Shown here: positions 11,111 through 24,822 of the stretch, piece by piece | How positions within the stretch are numbered: position 1 is the stretch's first letter | Layout of the letters: each line of letters opens with the position of its first letter | NCBI RefSeq assembly: GCF_963921235.1 | Contig: NC_086108.1 | Location: 79,672,001-79,736,000 of the forward strand | Direction: 5' to 3' | Length of the DNA: 64,000 nt | From: Mobula hypostoma | Lineage: Eukaryota | Program-made: the position numbers and the translations under genes | The notes under the pieces: generated by a model | Databases searched by the model: none | Told to the model about the DNA's origin: nothing | The model's input: only the letters and a program-made list of their open reading frames with translations

Positions 11111-13962
11111 TGGAATGCTAGAGTTTATTCAGAGTCTTGAAAGATACCCCAAAATAGCCTTTCCATAACCCACTACCATAAGAACTGAAATAGACATTGA
11201 TCACAGGCTCTGTCGAATTACTATCCATTAAGGTTGGAAAAGAGCTTGGTTCTTGGGCAAACACACCTTCCCAGAGGTGCATTTGACAGCGAGCAATTAT
11301 TTACAAAATGTTAATTTGTTTGTTAATGGTTCCCAGACCTATTAAGACTCTTGATACTGGTGACATTTTAATTGTCTTTTATGTTTAAAATAAAATTGCA
11401 GCTAGGACCCAAAGACCATAACAGTACAACAGTACAACAAAGGCTTTAAATGCAGTGAAGGACAAGGAAATTGTGCGGGAAGCTCCAACAACACACATTT
11501 CAATAACTCCTTGTTAAATTTCCACTTGCACGTCGCAAATTTGTTATTCTTTTTAAAACTGGAGTATTCATTATTGAAGGAATTGAACTCTACATATATG
11601 GAGCTTAGATTCAAATTCAGCCCCTGCACACAATGACAATTTTGTATCCAAGTTATAAAATTCCCAAGTGAAATAAGTTTCTTGACGTAATTGTACCATT
11701 TAATATATGGTAACTTTCACATTTTTGCACAATATCTAGCCTGACTGGTTGCAAAACATCAAATAATGCAGCACTGAGTATCCCTGATTAATATGATTAG
11801 GAACTAAAAGAAACATGTTTTTATTGTTATTTAAAGAAATCTACTTAAAACAAACTAAATAGAAACTTATGCCGTTAAATGCTGATGGTATATAGACAGA
11901 TGTGACAATTTGCAAGCAACTATGTCCAAAATAGAAACCAGTTAAGATAAATGTTGGCCAGAACACAAAACAATTTCAGCTCCTCCTTTTCTTTTAATAG
12001 AACTTATCTACCTGTGGCATTTATCTCCAGATTCACCACGCCCCTTGCATCTTCCCCAAAATTCCCTTCATTGTTACTAGTTTAGCTCAGATCATTTTAC
12101 ATTAGTTACTTCTCCATGAAATTCCTCAAATTCTTCTACTTTAAAGGTGTTACTTAAGCATTAGCAGCTGTTATTTTACTACTGCTAATTGCTGCTATCT
12201 TGACTGTTTAATTTCCTGTGGAGTATTACTTCATGTGTGAAGATGGTAAGAAGACAAGGGATACAAATAGGATCAGCTAGAAGAAATTGGAAAGTTTAAC
12301 TTTGAAATAAGAATAATCCTACATATTCATCTAGTTATAATGATTTTCCAACTAAGAATTCAGATAACCATTATCCTACCAAAGCCAGCATATGGCATTT
12401 TCATTCGTCTTTCCTGAACAGAAGTTACTTCTAAATGTAGTTTCAATTCTATATTTAAAAGGAACAGGGTATATACATTGCTTATCAGTATATCAGTACG
12501 GATGCAGGGTTTCAATCTGAAACAGTGACCATCCCTTTGCCTCCACAGACACTGCCTTACCTGCTGAGTTTCTTCAGCAGATTTATTTTGCTTTTATATA
12601 ATTCTTAGTTGGGTTCAATCCAAACGACTGGCTACCTTTCAGTGCATCTTATGTTGCTATTACTTCTATTTGTAGGTTAGTAATTGTTAATAACAAACGA
12701 TTTAATCCTAACAATCTATGGTTGATGAAAGAGCATTAAATTTCCTACACTATTGATGTTCCTAGGACAGATTATACTTGTTCATAGTTTGGATCTTGAA
12801 CAAGTTAAATGCTGAATAAGTATTTTTGTTTATTATACAGATGCCTTTATTTTGAGTATAAGCCACTTATCTAATAAAGCAGAAAGACTATTCTGTTGTA
12901 ATTCAATCTCCCCTGTAAATGTATAAAAGACCAATTCCTCAAACAACTGTTTTCATTTTGAACCAAATAATTAAAATGTTCATTATAGTTCACAAACAGA
13001 ACAAAATTTATTGCCTGAAGTGTTTTGTTTATTTTCTAGCCCACTCTCACTTATTTTCATGGCTCAGTGGTGTAATTTGCACTCCAGACCTTGGGCCTCT
13101 GTTAGTGCTATTCTGGAACCAGAGGCATCTGAAAATTGCTCATTGGTAATTCCCATTCTCCCTTCTCTGCTAATCAAAGACTGAAAAATTATAAGGCAGC
13201 AAAGAAAACACAAATGTGGCAGGATTCATGGCTCAAGAGATTAGGGAAGGGGAGGTGGCACAAAGGTGAAACTGAAGCTTCCAAAATTAGCAAGTCAAGA
13301 GGAATGCACAGGAATGTGAAGTTGGAATGGGATGTGTGGGTTATCAACATGTTGATAGAAAGGAATAAAATCAATTTCTTGCTTTTAAAAAGTTGGTTAC
13401 AACTGTAATGGCTTTGGATTTCCATCCAACCACTATTGCTCATTCACTGTACTGAAGTCAGCATAACTATTATCTCTCATACTAATTATCCATTCTGGTA
13501 TACCTCAACTTTGATTTGACAAGTTCAAGGGGTACATAATGGAGCATATGTGGCATGCAACTAGGTTAGTCACCAGGCTTATGATGTAACATCTTTTCAA
13601 TGTATTGAACTGTATTGTTGCCGCAAAACAACAAATATCATGATACATTTTCATGACATGAAACTTGATTCTGATATGCAGATCAGGGCATGACAAAGTC
13701 ATGCAAGTAACATCCAAATAATATTAAAGAATTGGATCTTAACATTTGAATGGCACAACTGAAATTTAAAATTCTGAACTTAATCTAATGTAGAACTTTC
13801 ATTCTTGCAATTTTTGGAGTGGCAGGTGGTGGTTAAGAGTGCAAAAATAGTATTGCTGTGCTCAGTGATTTTTAAATCCCCACTATTTGAATCTTTTATA
13901 ATGGTAGTTTGCCTGGTAAATTACATCCTTTCAAAAGCTGTTTTAATTGCTGCTCTGCTTAC

Positions 13963-14063
13963 CGTGCAATTTTCGGCTGAATAGTCCAGTCTAGCCCCAC
14001 CACTTCATACCCAGAATCTGAAATGTCTTCCAAAGCATAATGGGCATCCTTTGCAAACACAAT
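13963..14063 (-). CDS. UROD: UROD coding exon 8 (101 bp)
   Basis: ttctattccag|ATT GTG TTT...GCA CG|gtaagc; translates [33 protein letters not shown](R). Confidence 0.96.
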
Positions 14064-17000
14064 CTGGAATAGAAAACATAGTGGGCCATGTTACTTGGAA
14101 AATGAGTAAGCTTCACATTTGAGGACTAGGGTAACTTTCTCAGACTAGTTGTACAGGAAAAGATTTCAACAGCTTGATCACATGTATGGCAGCTCTATTT
14201 CCATTTAAATCATAGTTGGAAACAGGTATCTTATTTCTAATTTCCTGCATCACTCATACAGATGGGAATGAATTGTACATGATTTGTTTGCCTCAGTTGC
14301 ATTATTTTGCTTAATATATTGGCCTTGCTTTGAATTCCACTTGGATTTTCTGGCCCATGAGCTCAATAATTTTGGTTCCAAATGAAGTGTTATTTTGGAC
14401 CAGCTGCTTTAGTATATAATCCTCTTTCCCTTCAGGGCTCCTGAATCAAATGAAGGATTTTGTCTGTACTTGAAAGGAACAAAGTACTTGATTTGCACTT
14501 ACCAAGTTATACACCGGTACCAAGCTTTGTAAGACACCATGATGTGCTAGTTCGTCATAGTGCTCTTAGTCATCCAGTCAGAACTCAGGTTTATTCTTCC
14601 CTTTTAAATAAAAGGGTCTGTTCAGATCACGTGCTGGGAACCTGGCACAATCCTGTCCTTCCACTGGTGCTTCTCCTCTGGCCACATGTGAAGAAACTGC
14701 ACGTAAGGGATGGTGTTGGGCACACAGGGGTGAGCAAAGCTTCTGCTCAATCCCAAGATATGACCTGGGGATGCACCATAGCTGGCAGGGTGAGTGCAAG
14801 AATCGTAGGTGAGACTATGGACTTGTTCTGGGGGACTTTTTGAGATTCACGGTGTATGTATTTCTGGATTCTAGTTACTGTTTTTTTGCAGTTTTTCAGT
14901 GGTTTGATCGGTGCAATTGATGTGGCCTGGGGTGCTTCAGTGAAGAATGCTTTGGCCTGCTGGCCAGCAGCACCAAGCTGAACTAAACTAAACTGAATAC
15001 TATTGGACTTTGATATTCCGTGTTTGCTCGCTTTTCACCATTTGCGCAATTTGTTTTTTTTGCTTGTTGGTGTTTGATGTTTGCTTGAATGGGTTCCACG
15101 GTGTTTCTTTGTTTCATGACGAATCTTAGAGTTGTATTCTGCAAGCAGACTTTGATAATAAATGTACTTTGAATCTTTGACACATCAGTCATGCTGTATC
15201 CCTTCCATCATCTCCAGTTGAAATTGATGCAAGCTACTGTCTTCCGGTTTGGTTTCATGGCCCAAATGGTTCATGTTGTTAGGAAAAAGAACAGCTGCAC
15301 TAGTACTTGAAGAAACAAATGACTTTTTGACACTTCATTTAAAATCTATGCCTGCCCACATACAAACTTAAATCTTGTCTGTCTTCTGTTATTATTTATA
15401 ATCTGGTATTTGTTAGTTCAAGTGGCAGATTTAAGACTTAAAATACCTCAAATTTTCTTTCCTGTAGCTCTTCAAGAAAAGCTAGCACCAATGAAGATTT
15501 GAAAAGGAAAAATTAAGCCACAGCTGGAAAATTAGGAGTAAAGTGACATTGAAAGGTAGGTAGATCAAAAAATGAAGAGCTATTTATGCAAGATAACCAG
15601 GCATACAATTCGCTCCCTTTTAAAAGTTTCTGTTAATGGCTCCAAAGTCCTGTGTAAAATTTATTTTCTATCATTTGTGAAGTTTCTTAACTTTGTCATA
15701 TTCTCCCAGCCATTGCGATAAAAGATTAGATATTCTACAACAACTTGGTGCAGGGACACTGCAGATATTGGAATCTGGACCATAAAGCAAATATGCTGCA
15801 GGAATAACTCAGCAGTCAAAATTCTTCTTCTGGATTGTTGACTGAAGACTCGACTGTCCATTTCCCACCACCGGTGCTGCCTGACCTGTTGAGTTACTCC
15901 ACCAGCTGGTTTTTCTTTTTGGCTCAATTTACACTTTGTTGCCAACAGGCCTTAATGAAGGAGGACCAGTAGAACCCGGGCAGGAAATCTACCACTTGCA
16001 GCTAGTTACAGAAATTAAAGGAGTTGCAACAGAAAATAGGGAAGAATAAGAGATTCTCCTCTTTACACATCAAATTACCTTTTTTTGGCTAAAATGGCTA
16101 GTCCCTTTAAATCATCACACACAAAATGCTGGAGGAACTCAGCAGGTCAGACAACTTCAGACCTCAGCCTGAATTGTCCACTGTTTACTCTTTTCCATAG
16201 ATGCTGCCTAACCTGCTGAGTTCCTCCAGCATTTTTTGTGCATTGCTTCGGATTTCCAGCATCTGCAGATTTTCTTGTGTTCCGTTTAGATTATGCTTCA
16301 GCATCATAAAGCAAGACTCATCTACCCCTCCCTCCATGATAGCTTTGGATGCCACACATGGAACTAAACCAGTTCACAGAAAAGTGATCTCAACTAGTAA
16401 GTGAGTGGAAAGTCCGCATGGCTGCAAATTCTTTTGGCAAATTACACTTTGATTATAGGAAACAGACTGATATTGTGCAACTATTTATACAACAAATTTG
16501 ATTTCCTTTTAAACATTCAGCATGTATTGGCCTGAAAACCAGACAAAATATGTACAATTCACAATTACAACTATAGGACACAAAGTATACATGCATATGC
16601 TCCAATCTGTCATGGTCAAAATTAAGATCACAATGATTACAATCATGTAGATGTTTTACAATGTCAAATTAAAATTGGAATCTAAGTCATTATTCAGAAT
16701 GTCCAAGAGGCATGCAAACTAAACCAGTGTTAGGAGTAGGAAACCGATCCCCTGCATTTCCCTCTCCTAGTCACTGAAATAAATAAATTATATTGGCATT
16801 TAAACTTCCATCAGATTTAAAGGCTGAATTTCTGTAATGCAGCATCTCCTGTATAATTAAAAATATTTTCAAAATAAAATCTGGGTTACCTACTCACCTC
16901 TCACCTAAGAATTCAGCTCAGCTTAAGCTGACAGGATCAAATCCTTGCTGTTTGCTTCCGCAAGTGTTCTCAGTGAAATTGGTTTCATTCAGATTCTGGG

Positions 17001-20000
17001 TTTGCTAATTAATGGGCCAATTTACAGGGGCTGGTATGATGCCTCTGAGATTTGGGTTGATGCATATTATTGGCAACAAAGCAGTATATTCTATGGAGAC
17101 AAAAAGACTGCAGATGCTAGAATCTGGGAAGAAAAACATGAGCTGTTGGAAAAACTGAGTGGGTCAGACCGCACCTGTGGAGGGAAATGGACGATATTCT
17201 AGGTCAAGATTCTGCATCTGGGCAGTAAGCATTCTAAGCTGCAACTAAACTATACTAAATTAAACATTCTACACCTTACTAGTGAGTGCTTGATAATGCA
17301 TGGCAAAATGGAAAGCATATTTCCTAAGACTAACTGCTATCACTCTAATAAAATTAACCTATTTATTTCAGAATTGAAGGCAAATCAAGGTTGTCTCTTG
17401 CTCTTCCCTAGTTGAACTGAGCCCGTCTTGGTTTGGAGTGACATGGTTTGTATGCAGGTAGATGGGACTAGGCAGAAAATCAGACTAGATAGGCTGAAAG
17501 CCTGTTTCTGTGCTGCAGTACTTTGACTGGTATATTTGGGATGGTGTCTTACATCAGGGCAACTGAAAGAAAGCACTCTCTTCTTAAAAATAAAAAGGAT
17601 TTTTCATAGATGCTGCCTGACCTTCACTCAGAGGGCCATGAGAGTGTGGAACAAGCTGCAAGCATAAGTGGTGGATGTGAGCTCAATTTCACAAACTAAG
17701 CAAAGTTTGGATGGGTACATGGATGGCAGGGGTATGGAGGGCTATGGTCCCGGTGTAGGTCGATGGGAGTAGGCTGTTTAAATGGTTTAGGAATAGACTA
17801 AATGAGCTGAAGGACCTGTCTCTGTGCTGTACTTTTCTATAATTCTACGGCCTGCTGAGTTTCTCCAGCGTGTGCTGCGTTTCTATGGTTTCTATGTGTG
17901 CAGGTCAGTGGGACTAGGCAGAAAATGGTTCGGCACAGCCAAGAAGGGCCAAAAGGCCTGTTTCTGTGCTGTCGTTTTTCTATGGTTTCTATGGTTAGAT
18001 TTTCCATCATCTGCAGACTTTCTCATGTTTGCGTTAAAAAACATATTGCAGCTTTTAGTGATATTTTAAAAGCTGAATTACATTTTAGAGCAGGCTAAAC
18101 AAGAACTCTCAGCCCAAAATTTACATAGTCTTTTTTAGTGAGCTAGTTCAATCCACTTCATTACTCTTGCTCCATCCCTAGTCCTTACAAGAATATATCC
18201 AGTTGCATTTTGAAAGAGACAATTCCATTTGTTTCCATTACTCTACTCAGCAGCATTTCCAAATCTGAACAATTTGTTGCATTAAAAAGTTTCCAAATGT
18301 TGCCTTACAACATTAGCTGCTGTTGTTGCTGGTAAATTTGAGACCATATTAAGAAAGACTCAAGCCAGAACCATTTTGCCAATAGCAGAAGAAAAGGTGA
18401 CAGTTTATCTTTTGACTAGCAAACTTAAGTAGTGCAAGACAAAGGACTAATCTGCTGTATCTGCCTGGCTAAAAATTATACACACATCATAGGTAGGCTA
18501 AATGGAAGGAAAGCTCAATCCAAGATTGATGTATAAACAGACTCTACAAATAAAACACTGATGGAAGTTAGTTATAACAGATACTACTGCTTCTTGGGTA
18601 CAAAACTAGAAGCTAAAGTTAAGGATGAACAAAGGGAAGGAAACAGTTGGTAAAGTGGAATCCTAAGAAATAGAACCTTTTCACACGGACAATTGGTTAA
18701 ACCACTAGCAACCTGAGCCTTTGGTAAACAACACAAGCTTGGTGGATAATGTGCAAGAAATCTATTTTTTTTTAAAATCAGCAGCCAAGCTTTGAAAAGC
18801 TATGGAAAACATTAATACATTTTTTTTAAAATCCTGGAAATTGAAATAAAAATTGACATGAGAAACATCATCCCATTATTCAGTTTGTCATGCCCCAGGA
18901 GCATTCTGGATGTTTCAATGAGATAATTTTTCTAAACTCAGGAGAATGGAACTCACCTGCATTATGTCTTGCAGGATAATTTCTCCATCGTTGGAATTAA
19001 TCTAGTGTATTTTAGCTGCACTCTGATCTTTGCAAGAATCTTCCAATAAGTAGAAACCAGATGTGTATACAATACATATGATGCAGCCTCAGATGAGCCC
19101 TTTAAAATTGCAACAAGGCATTCATGCTGTTACAGCCAGCACCATCATGGGCACAACCCTCCCACCATCAAGGGCATCATCCAGAGGCAGTGTCTCAAGG
19201 TGGCAGCATCCATCATAAAGGAACCTCACCATTCCCTTCTCTTGTTAATACCATGGAAAGATGGAACAAGATCAACACTTTCATGATAACTTTCATTCAT
19301 TTCTAAGAACATCTGGTGCCTTTAAACACCACCAGTTTAACCTTTCATTTTTCCAAAGTCACTTTACTTTTCCAATTTTTTTTTTAACCAGAAGAGGGTG
19401 ACTTTAGATTTCTCTGTTTCCATATTCTATCTATCATGTCCTCACCCATTTATTTAGCCTGGCTCTATTTCAGTGAAGTCTCTCCATCCTCCTCATAACT
19501 CAGTCATATGGCTTTGTACCATTTCCCCCCCCTAAAATACAATCTACAAAAAAATTAAACAAGACAAGGACCATTTGTTTGAAAGAAAACATTGCAAAAT
19601 TTATCAAAATTATAATACAGGAACAGAAAAAAATTCTGCAGATGCTGGAAATCCAAAGCAACAAACAAACACACACACACACACACACAGCAGGTCAGGT
19701 GGCATCCATGGAAATGAACAGTGACCATTTCAGTTTGAGCTTTCTTCAGGACTGGAGAAGAAGATGAAAAATGCCAGGATAAAAAGGGGGGAGGGTAAGG
19801 ACCATAGCTAGAAGGTGCGGAGGGGAGCAGAGATCACAGAGATCAGCAGTGAGAGAGGATCTCACTAAATTCCTGTCAAAGTGCAGGTTTAAACTTCTTC
19901 AGGATAGACATGCCTTACAGTAGAGTAGCATGAACCACAGATTCTAGCTAATCTGTATCAAAGCTTCCTTTAAAAAAAACACATCTACAAGTGTGGAGGC

Positions 20001-20980
20001 TTGTTGGTTAATTTTCAGTAGCAGCTCATTTCTATGAGATTGCAGATGGTCAGACAGTGAGGACATAAATTTCACCATGAGCGGACACTTAGAATTGTCT
20101 AAAAGTCATTTATTTATGCAGCTTATGAATCATCTTCCTACATTCACTGTTTTGTGAATAGGATTTATTGTCAAATTTAGTGAGGTTCTAAATATGTTCC
20201 ACTTAAAAGTAAAAAGAAAAATACCATTAGAATTGTGATAACGGATACCAAATCACAGCCAATTATACCATTTTTAATGAAAGGAAAACTGTGCTGATAA
20301 ATGCAGTAATAAAGTTGAAGGAAGGAAGATGTTCAATCAGAGTTTGGATTCTGAACTATTTTTTCTTAGAGTGATGACTCAATGACCATGTGAGGAAATA
20401 CACATACAAGCAATTATTTGCATTCAGAAACCATGAAAGTCTTCACTAGGGTGAGAGATGCAAGTCTGTGGATACTGCAGAACAATTTGACATTCAAAAT
20501 AGCCTAAAGTCAATGTATTTTCTGTAACCCAAAGAGCAATAACTTACAAATCAAGGGCCTCAACTGCAGAATAGAATCTTCTAAAAACTAATTATTTATT
20601 TGAGGAACAAGATTACATGTCAGATCTAAACTACAGCAATGCTATCAGCACAATTGAAAACCATTAATGAGCACTTTTGTTCAAATGGAACAAAATGTTT
20701 ATTTAATATTGCACTAAACAAAGGACTTGTGTTCACATTAAAGGGGTATTGTATCTGTGAAAAACATGTTTTGCAAGAAATGTTACTCCAGGTTTTTAAC
20801 TGAATAGAGTGGACAGGGAAAATAAATCTAAATGAAGGAGCAAAAAGCACGTCAAACCAAACTCTTGCTTGACTGTGCCCTTTGAGAAATCTCACAACCA
20901 AATTTCAAACACAGCACAAAAATTCTTCAGCTCCATCTAGTGGTGCATGCAGAAATGGCAATTATATGGAGCTTTTCAAA

Positions 20981-22688
20981 CCCTATCCTTGTTATATGTT
21001 GGGGATACGTTCCTTGCAGTCAACGCATAGTATGGAAAACACATAACGTGAATAATTATTTAAATGGAGAAAATAGGGATGCATTCTGGAGGGCTTCCTA
21101 AATATGTTTTATCTGTAATTTACTCACAAAAACAGTACCACAAGGCAACATTCGTAATATATTTAATCAATTTAAGATAATATTCAATGTAATAAATCAC
21201 AGAAAGTTAACATACTAGGGTGTACAGTACTCACCAACAGTGGCAGGTGTGTTCACTCCGGGAGATGAGTGGCTGTTGTGGTGTCGGGCAGCTTTACATG
21301 GATGAGGTGGATGGTTGTGGGTCATCAGGATCATCAAGGACAGCAAGGGGTGAAGGAAGACTTACAGAACTCTCAGAACTGCCGGCAGCAGGAGACGACA
21401 CCAGTTTGAAGAAAGTGGAAAGGGTTGTTTGCTTGCCAGCATTTTGTTGTTCAGCATAAATTTGCTTGTAGGGAAGAAGGATTGACTGCAGGGAACGACT
21501 GAAATGCTGACTCCATTCTAAACTTGGGTCCATGTCCATCGCCATTTGTGCCAAGTGTTCCACAGCCTTAAAAATTTCTGCTAGTTGCTTCACCATAAAG
21601 TTCTTCACCTGCAACTCGACACTTTCTTCTTCATTGTTATCACCTTCCGTCTGAGTTAAACGCAGAAGGTTATCCACACTTATTTCTTCATCACGAGAAT
21701 CCAGGAGTTCTACCACATCAGCAGTCTCAAAATCTGAGAATCCTTCCCCACCAATTTTACGGCCCAGGGCCACACAATCCTGGACAGCTGCAAAAAAGCC
21801 CGGTCTCGTCTGCATTAAACACCTGCTTTGGTGTGATGCCTAACTCAGCTATCATAGCCCGCAACTGCAAAGGGTAGCGTTCAACAGCTTCGTGGTCAGC
21901 ACTAGCTTGCTCACCATGCACAGCTAAGTTGTGAAGCTTGTGACAATTAACGAACTTAGGAAACCATCCCTTACTTGCAGTAAAGTTAACAATATCACTT
22001 GACACTTCCTCATTAGCCTCTGAACAAAGGCGACCACAAATTTCCAAGGCTTTCACACGAAGATGATCCGAACTGTGTGTTGTTTTTTTTCTTTGTTTCA
22101 TGCTCAATGTACTAACTCAACATTTTCTCCATTTTTGTCATAATTGGGTTACGCACTTTGGTAACAATCTTTGAAGAGACTTGTGATGAATCAATCACTG
22201 CACCTTTTATTTTCTCAGCATTTTTCTTTATGTTTCTGATCGTGGACTCACCCAGGCTGAAGTAACGTTCCAGAGCTGTGTTACCTTCACCTGACGTGGC
22301 CCTGTTTATAATTTCCAACTTTTTTCCCCCCCAAGTGTTAAAGTGGTTCTCTGCCACTTGGCTGATGGCCCAGGACTTGACATAGGATGCTTAGGAGGCA
22401 TAGTTAAATATTTCAAGCACAAAATCAGTGCACCGTAGGTAATAACAACAAAAGTTTAAGAGCGCAAGATCACACATCCACACGCTGCCAAAACCAATGC
22501 AAAACTGGCAGGAGTGAGACTGTGAGGCGTGCACACGTGACTTGTATTGGCTGGAAGGCAGTGCTTCTCGTCCCAACAGCCTCGCATAACTGTGAGTTTT
22601 GGACGCATATAAGGAGAAGTTGGCAGAAATAGGTCAACGCATAACTGTGAATCCGCATTGTCTGAAGACGCATATAACGAGGATAGGG
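20981..22688 (-). mobile_element. Tigger/pogo (TIGD1-like) DNA transposon, internally deleted, with frameshifted transposase 22401..21294
   Basis: TIRs ccctatccttgttatatg (20981) and catataacgaggataggg (to 22688) followed by TA. Peptides KKLEII...LGESTIRNIKKN (HTH), FTASKGWF (CENP-B-type HTH), QVFNADETGLF and an acidic C-terminus GGEGFSDFETADVVELLDS. Confidence 0.88.
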
Positions 22689-23224
22689 TACTAGAAGACT
22701 AGACTACAATGTCAACTGCTTGCCTGTTAAAGTTGAAACTAGACCTCAGCCAATCTCCAGAATAATGAAGCTCAAAAAAAAGTTGATCACATTCTTTTCT
22801 TACCATAGGGCATAAATTCCATTTCAGTAGTGGGCAAGAGAAAACTGCATTTCCTCTTCGGAAGCTATCATCAAGTTTCCATTTGCCTTGCTTGGTAGTC
22901 TTGCAGTAGCTAGATTAATTCATCATTATTTGATATTAATCATGATTAATATCATGATTAACTTTCACTTCCTGCCAATCCAATCTGATCATTATCCTAG
23001 TCAATACCAATTAAGAATCTTCACTTCTCCCCACAGATACCAATTTAAGATCAAGCATTTAAATAAGTACCTTTCGGTATTGCCAATGTTAGAGCAGAAG
23101 TCACTCCAAATGCACATCAATTTACATTTCTTCTCCTAGATTGCAAACCTTATGCTAAACTCGTTGAAGCAATACTCAAGAGGAGTGCAAGGAATACCGG
23201 AGAAATAAAGAGGGAAATTAGAAG

Positions 23225-23630
23225 GAGATTCTGCAGATGCTGAAAATTCAGAGTAACACACACAAAATGCTGGAGGAACTCAGCAGGTCAGACACCATCT
23301 ATGGAGAGGATTAAACAGTCAAGATTTCAGGCCGAGACACTTCAGGACCAGAAAGAAAGGGGGATGTAGCCAGAATAAGGAGGAGGGAGTGTTGTGAAAA
23401 GCTGGAAGGTAACAGGTGGAAAAGGTAAAGAACTGAAGAAGGAAGAGAGTGGACAATGGGAGAAAGGAAAGGTGAAGGGACACCAGAGGGAGGTGATAGG
23501 CAGGCATGGAGAAGGAGTGAGAGGAAAGGCAGAATGGGGATGAAAGAAGAGAGAAGGGGGAGGGGGAGGGGGTGGGGGAGAAGTTACCAGGAGTTAGAGA
23601 AATCGATGTTCATGCCATCAGGTTGGAGGA
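23225..23630 (-). mobile_element. Degenerate Penelope-like element 3' fragment
   Basis: ctgcagatgctg...cacacaaaatgctggaggaactcagcagg terminus and gagaaatcgatgttcatgccatcaggttggagg (reverse of the ...QPDGMNIDF coding). Confidence 0.75.
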
Positions 23631-24822
23631 TAATGTGTATAAGTTTTTAAAAATCTCAAAAATACAGTAAGAGCAAAACAATTAGGATCAGGTAAGTGGG
23701 TTGAACAAGTATTGTTAAAGTAGGTATGAAAGATACGATCAAAAGTGTTGTTCACATGGCTTCAAGAAATAACCTAAAAGGAACCTAAAGAATGGGAACA
23801 TTGTGATAGACAATTCCACATGATATTAGGAGCAGAATTAGGCCATTTGGCCCAGCAAGTCTTCTCCACCATTCCATCATCACTGATTTATTATCTCTCT
23901 CAACCCCGTTCTCCATAACCTCTGATACCCTGACTAATCAAGAAACTATTAACATCTGCTTTAAATACACTCAGTGATTTGGCCTCCACAGCTGTCCATA
24001 GCAATGAATTCCAGATTCACCACCATCTGGCTTATGAAATTCCTCATCTCTGTTGTAAATGGACATCCCTCTATTCTGAGGCTGTGCCCTTGGTCCTAGA
24101 CTCAACCACTATAGGAAACATCTTCTCCACATCCATTCTATCTCGGCCTTTCAACATTAAATAGGTTTCAATGAGATCCTCATCATTCTTCTAAACTCCA
24201 GCAAGCACAGGCCCAAAGCTATGAAATGTTCATACGTTAACCCTTTCATTCCTGGAATCATACCTGTGAACATTCTCTGGATGCTCCAATGCCAGCACAC
24301 CTTTTCTTAGATAAGGGGCTCAAAACTGCTCACAATACTCCAAGTGCAGTCTGACCAATGCCTTATAAAGCCACAGCAATACACCCTTGCTGTTATATTC
24401 TAGACCTCTGGAAGTGAATGCTACATTGCATTTGCCTTCCTTACTACCGACTCAACCTGCAAGTTAACCTTTAGGGAATCCTGTGCAAGGACTTCCAAGT
24501 CACTTTGCACTCTGAGTTTTTAATTTTCTCCCCATTTAAAAAATAGACTACATGTTTATTCCATCTACCAAAGTCTTAACGATACACTTCCCTACACTAT
24601 ATTCCATCTGTCATTTTTCTCCCAATCTAATTCCATCTGCAGATTCTCTACTTCAACACTATCTGCTCCTTCACCTATCGTTGTATTGTCTGCGAACTTG
24701 GCCACAAAGCCATCAATTCTGTCAACCAAATGATTGACATGTAACATTAAAAGAAGCGGTCCCAATACCGACCCCTGCAGACACCACTAGCCACCAGCAG
24801 CCAACTAAAATAGGCCACCTTT

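Noticed and set aside
14460..14843. 127-aa plus-strand ORF, or a minus-strand donor at ~14502, as a nested gene or extra exon
   Set aside because: No recognisable protein motif. The region has TATA-like and AATAAA words suggesting a decayed repeat, but I could not define termini or a TSD.
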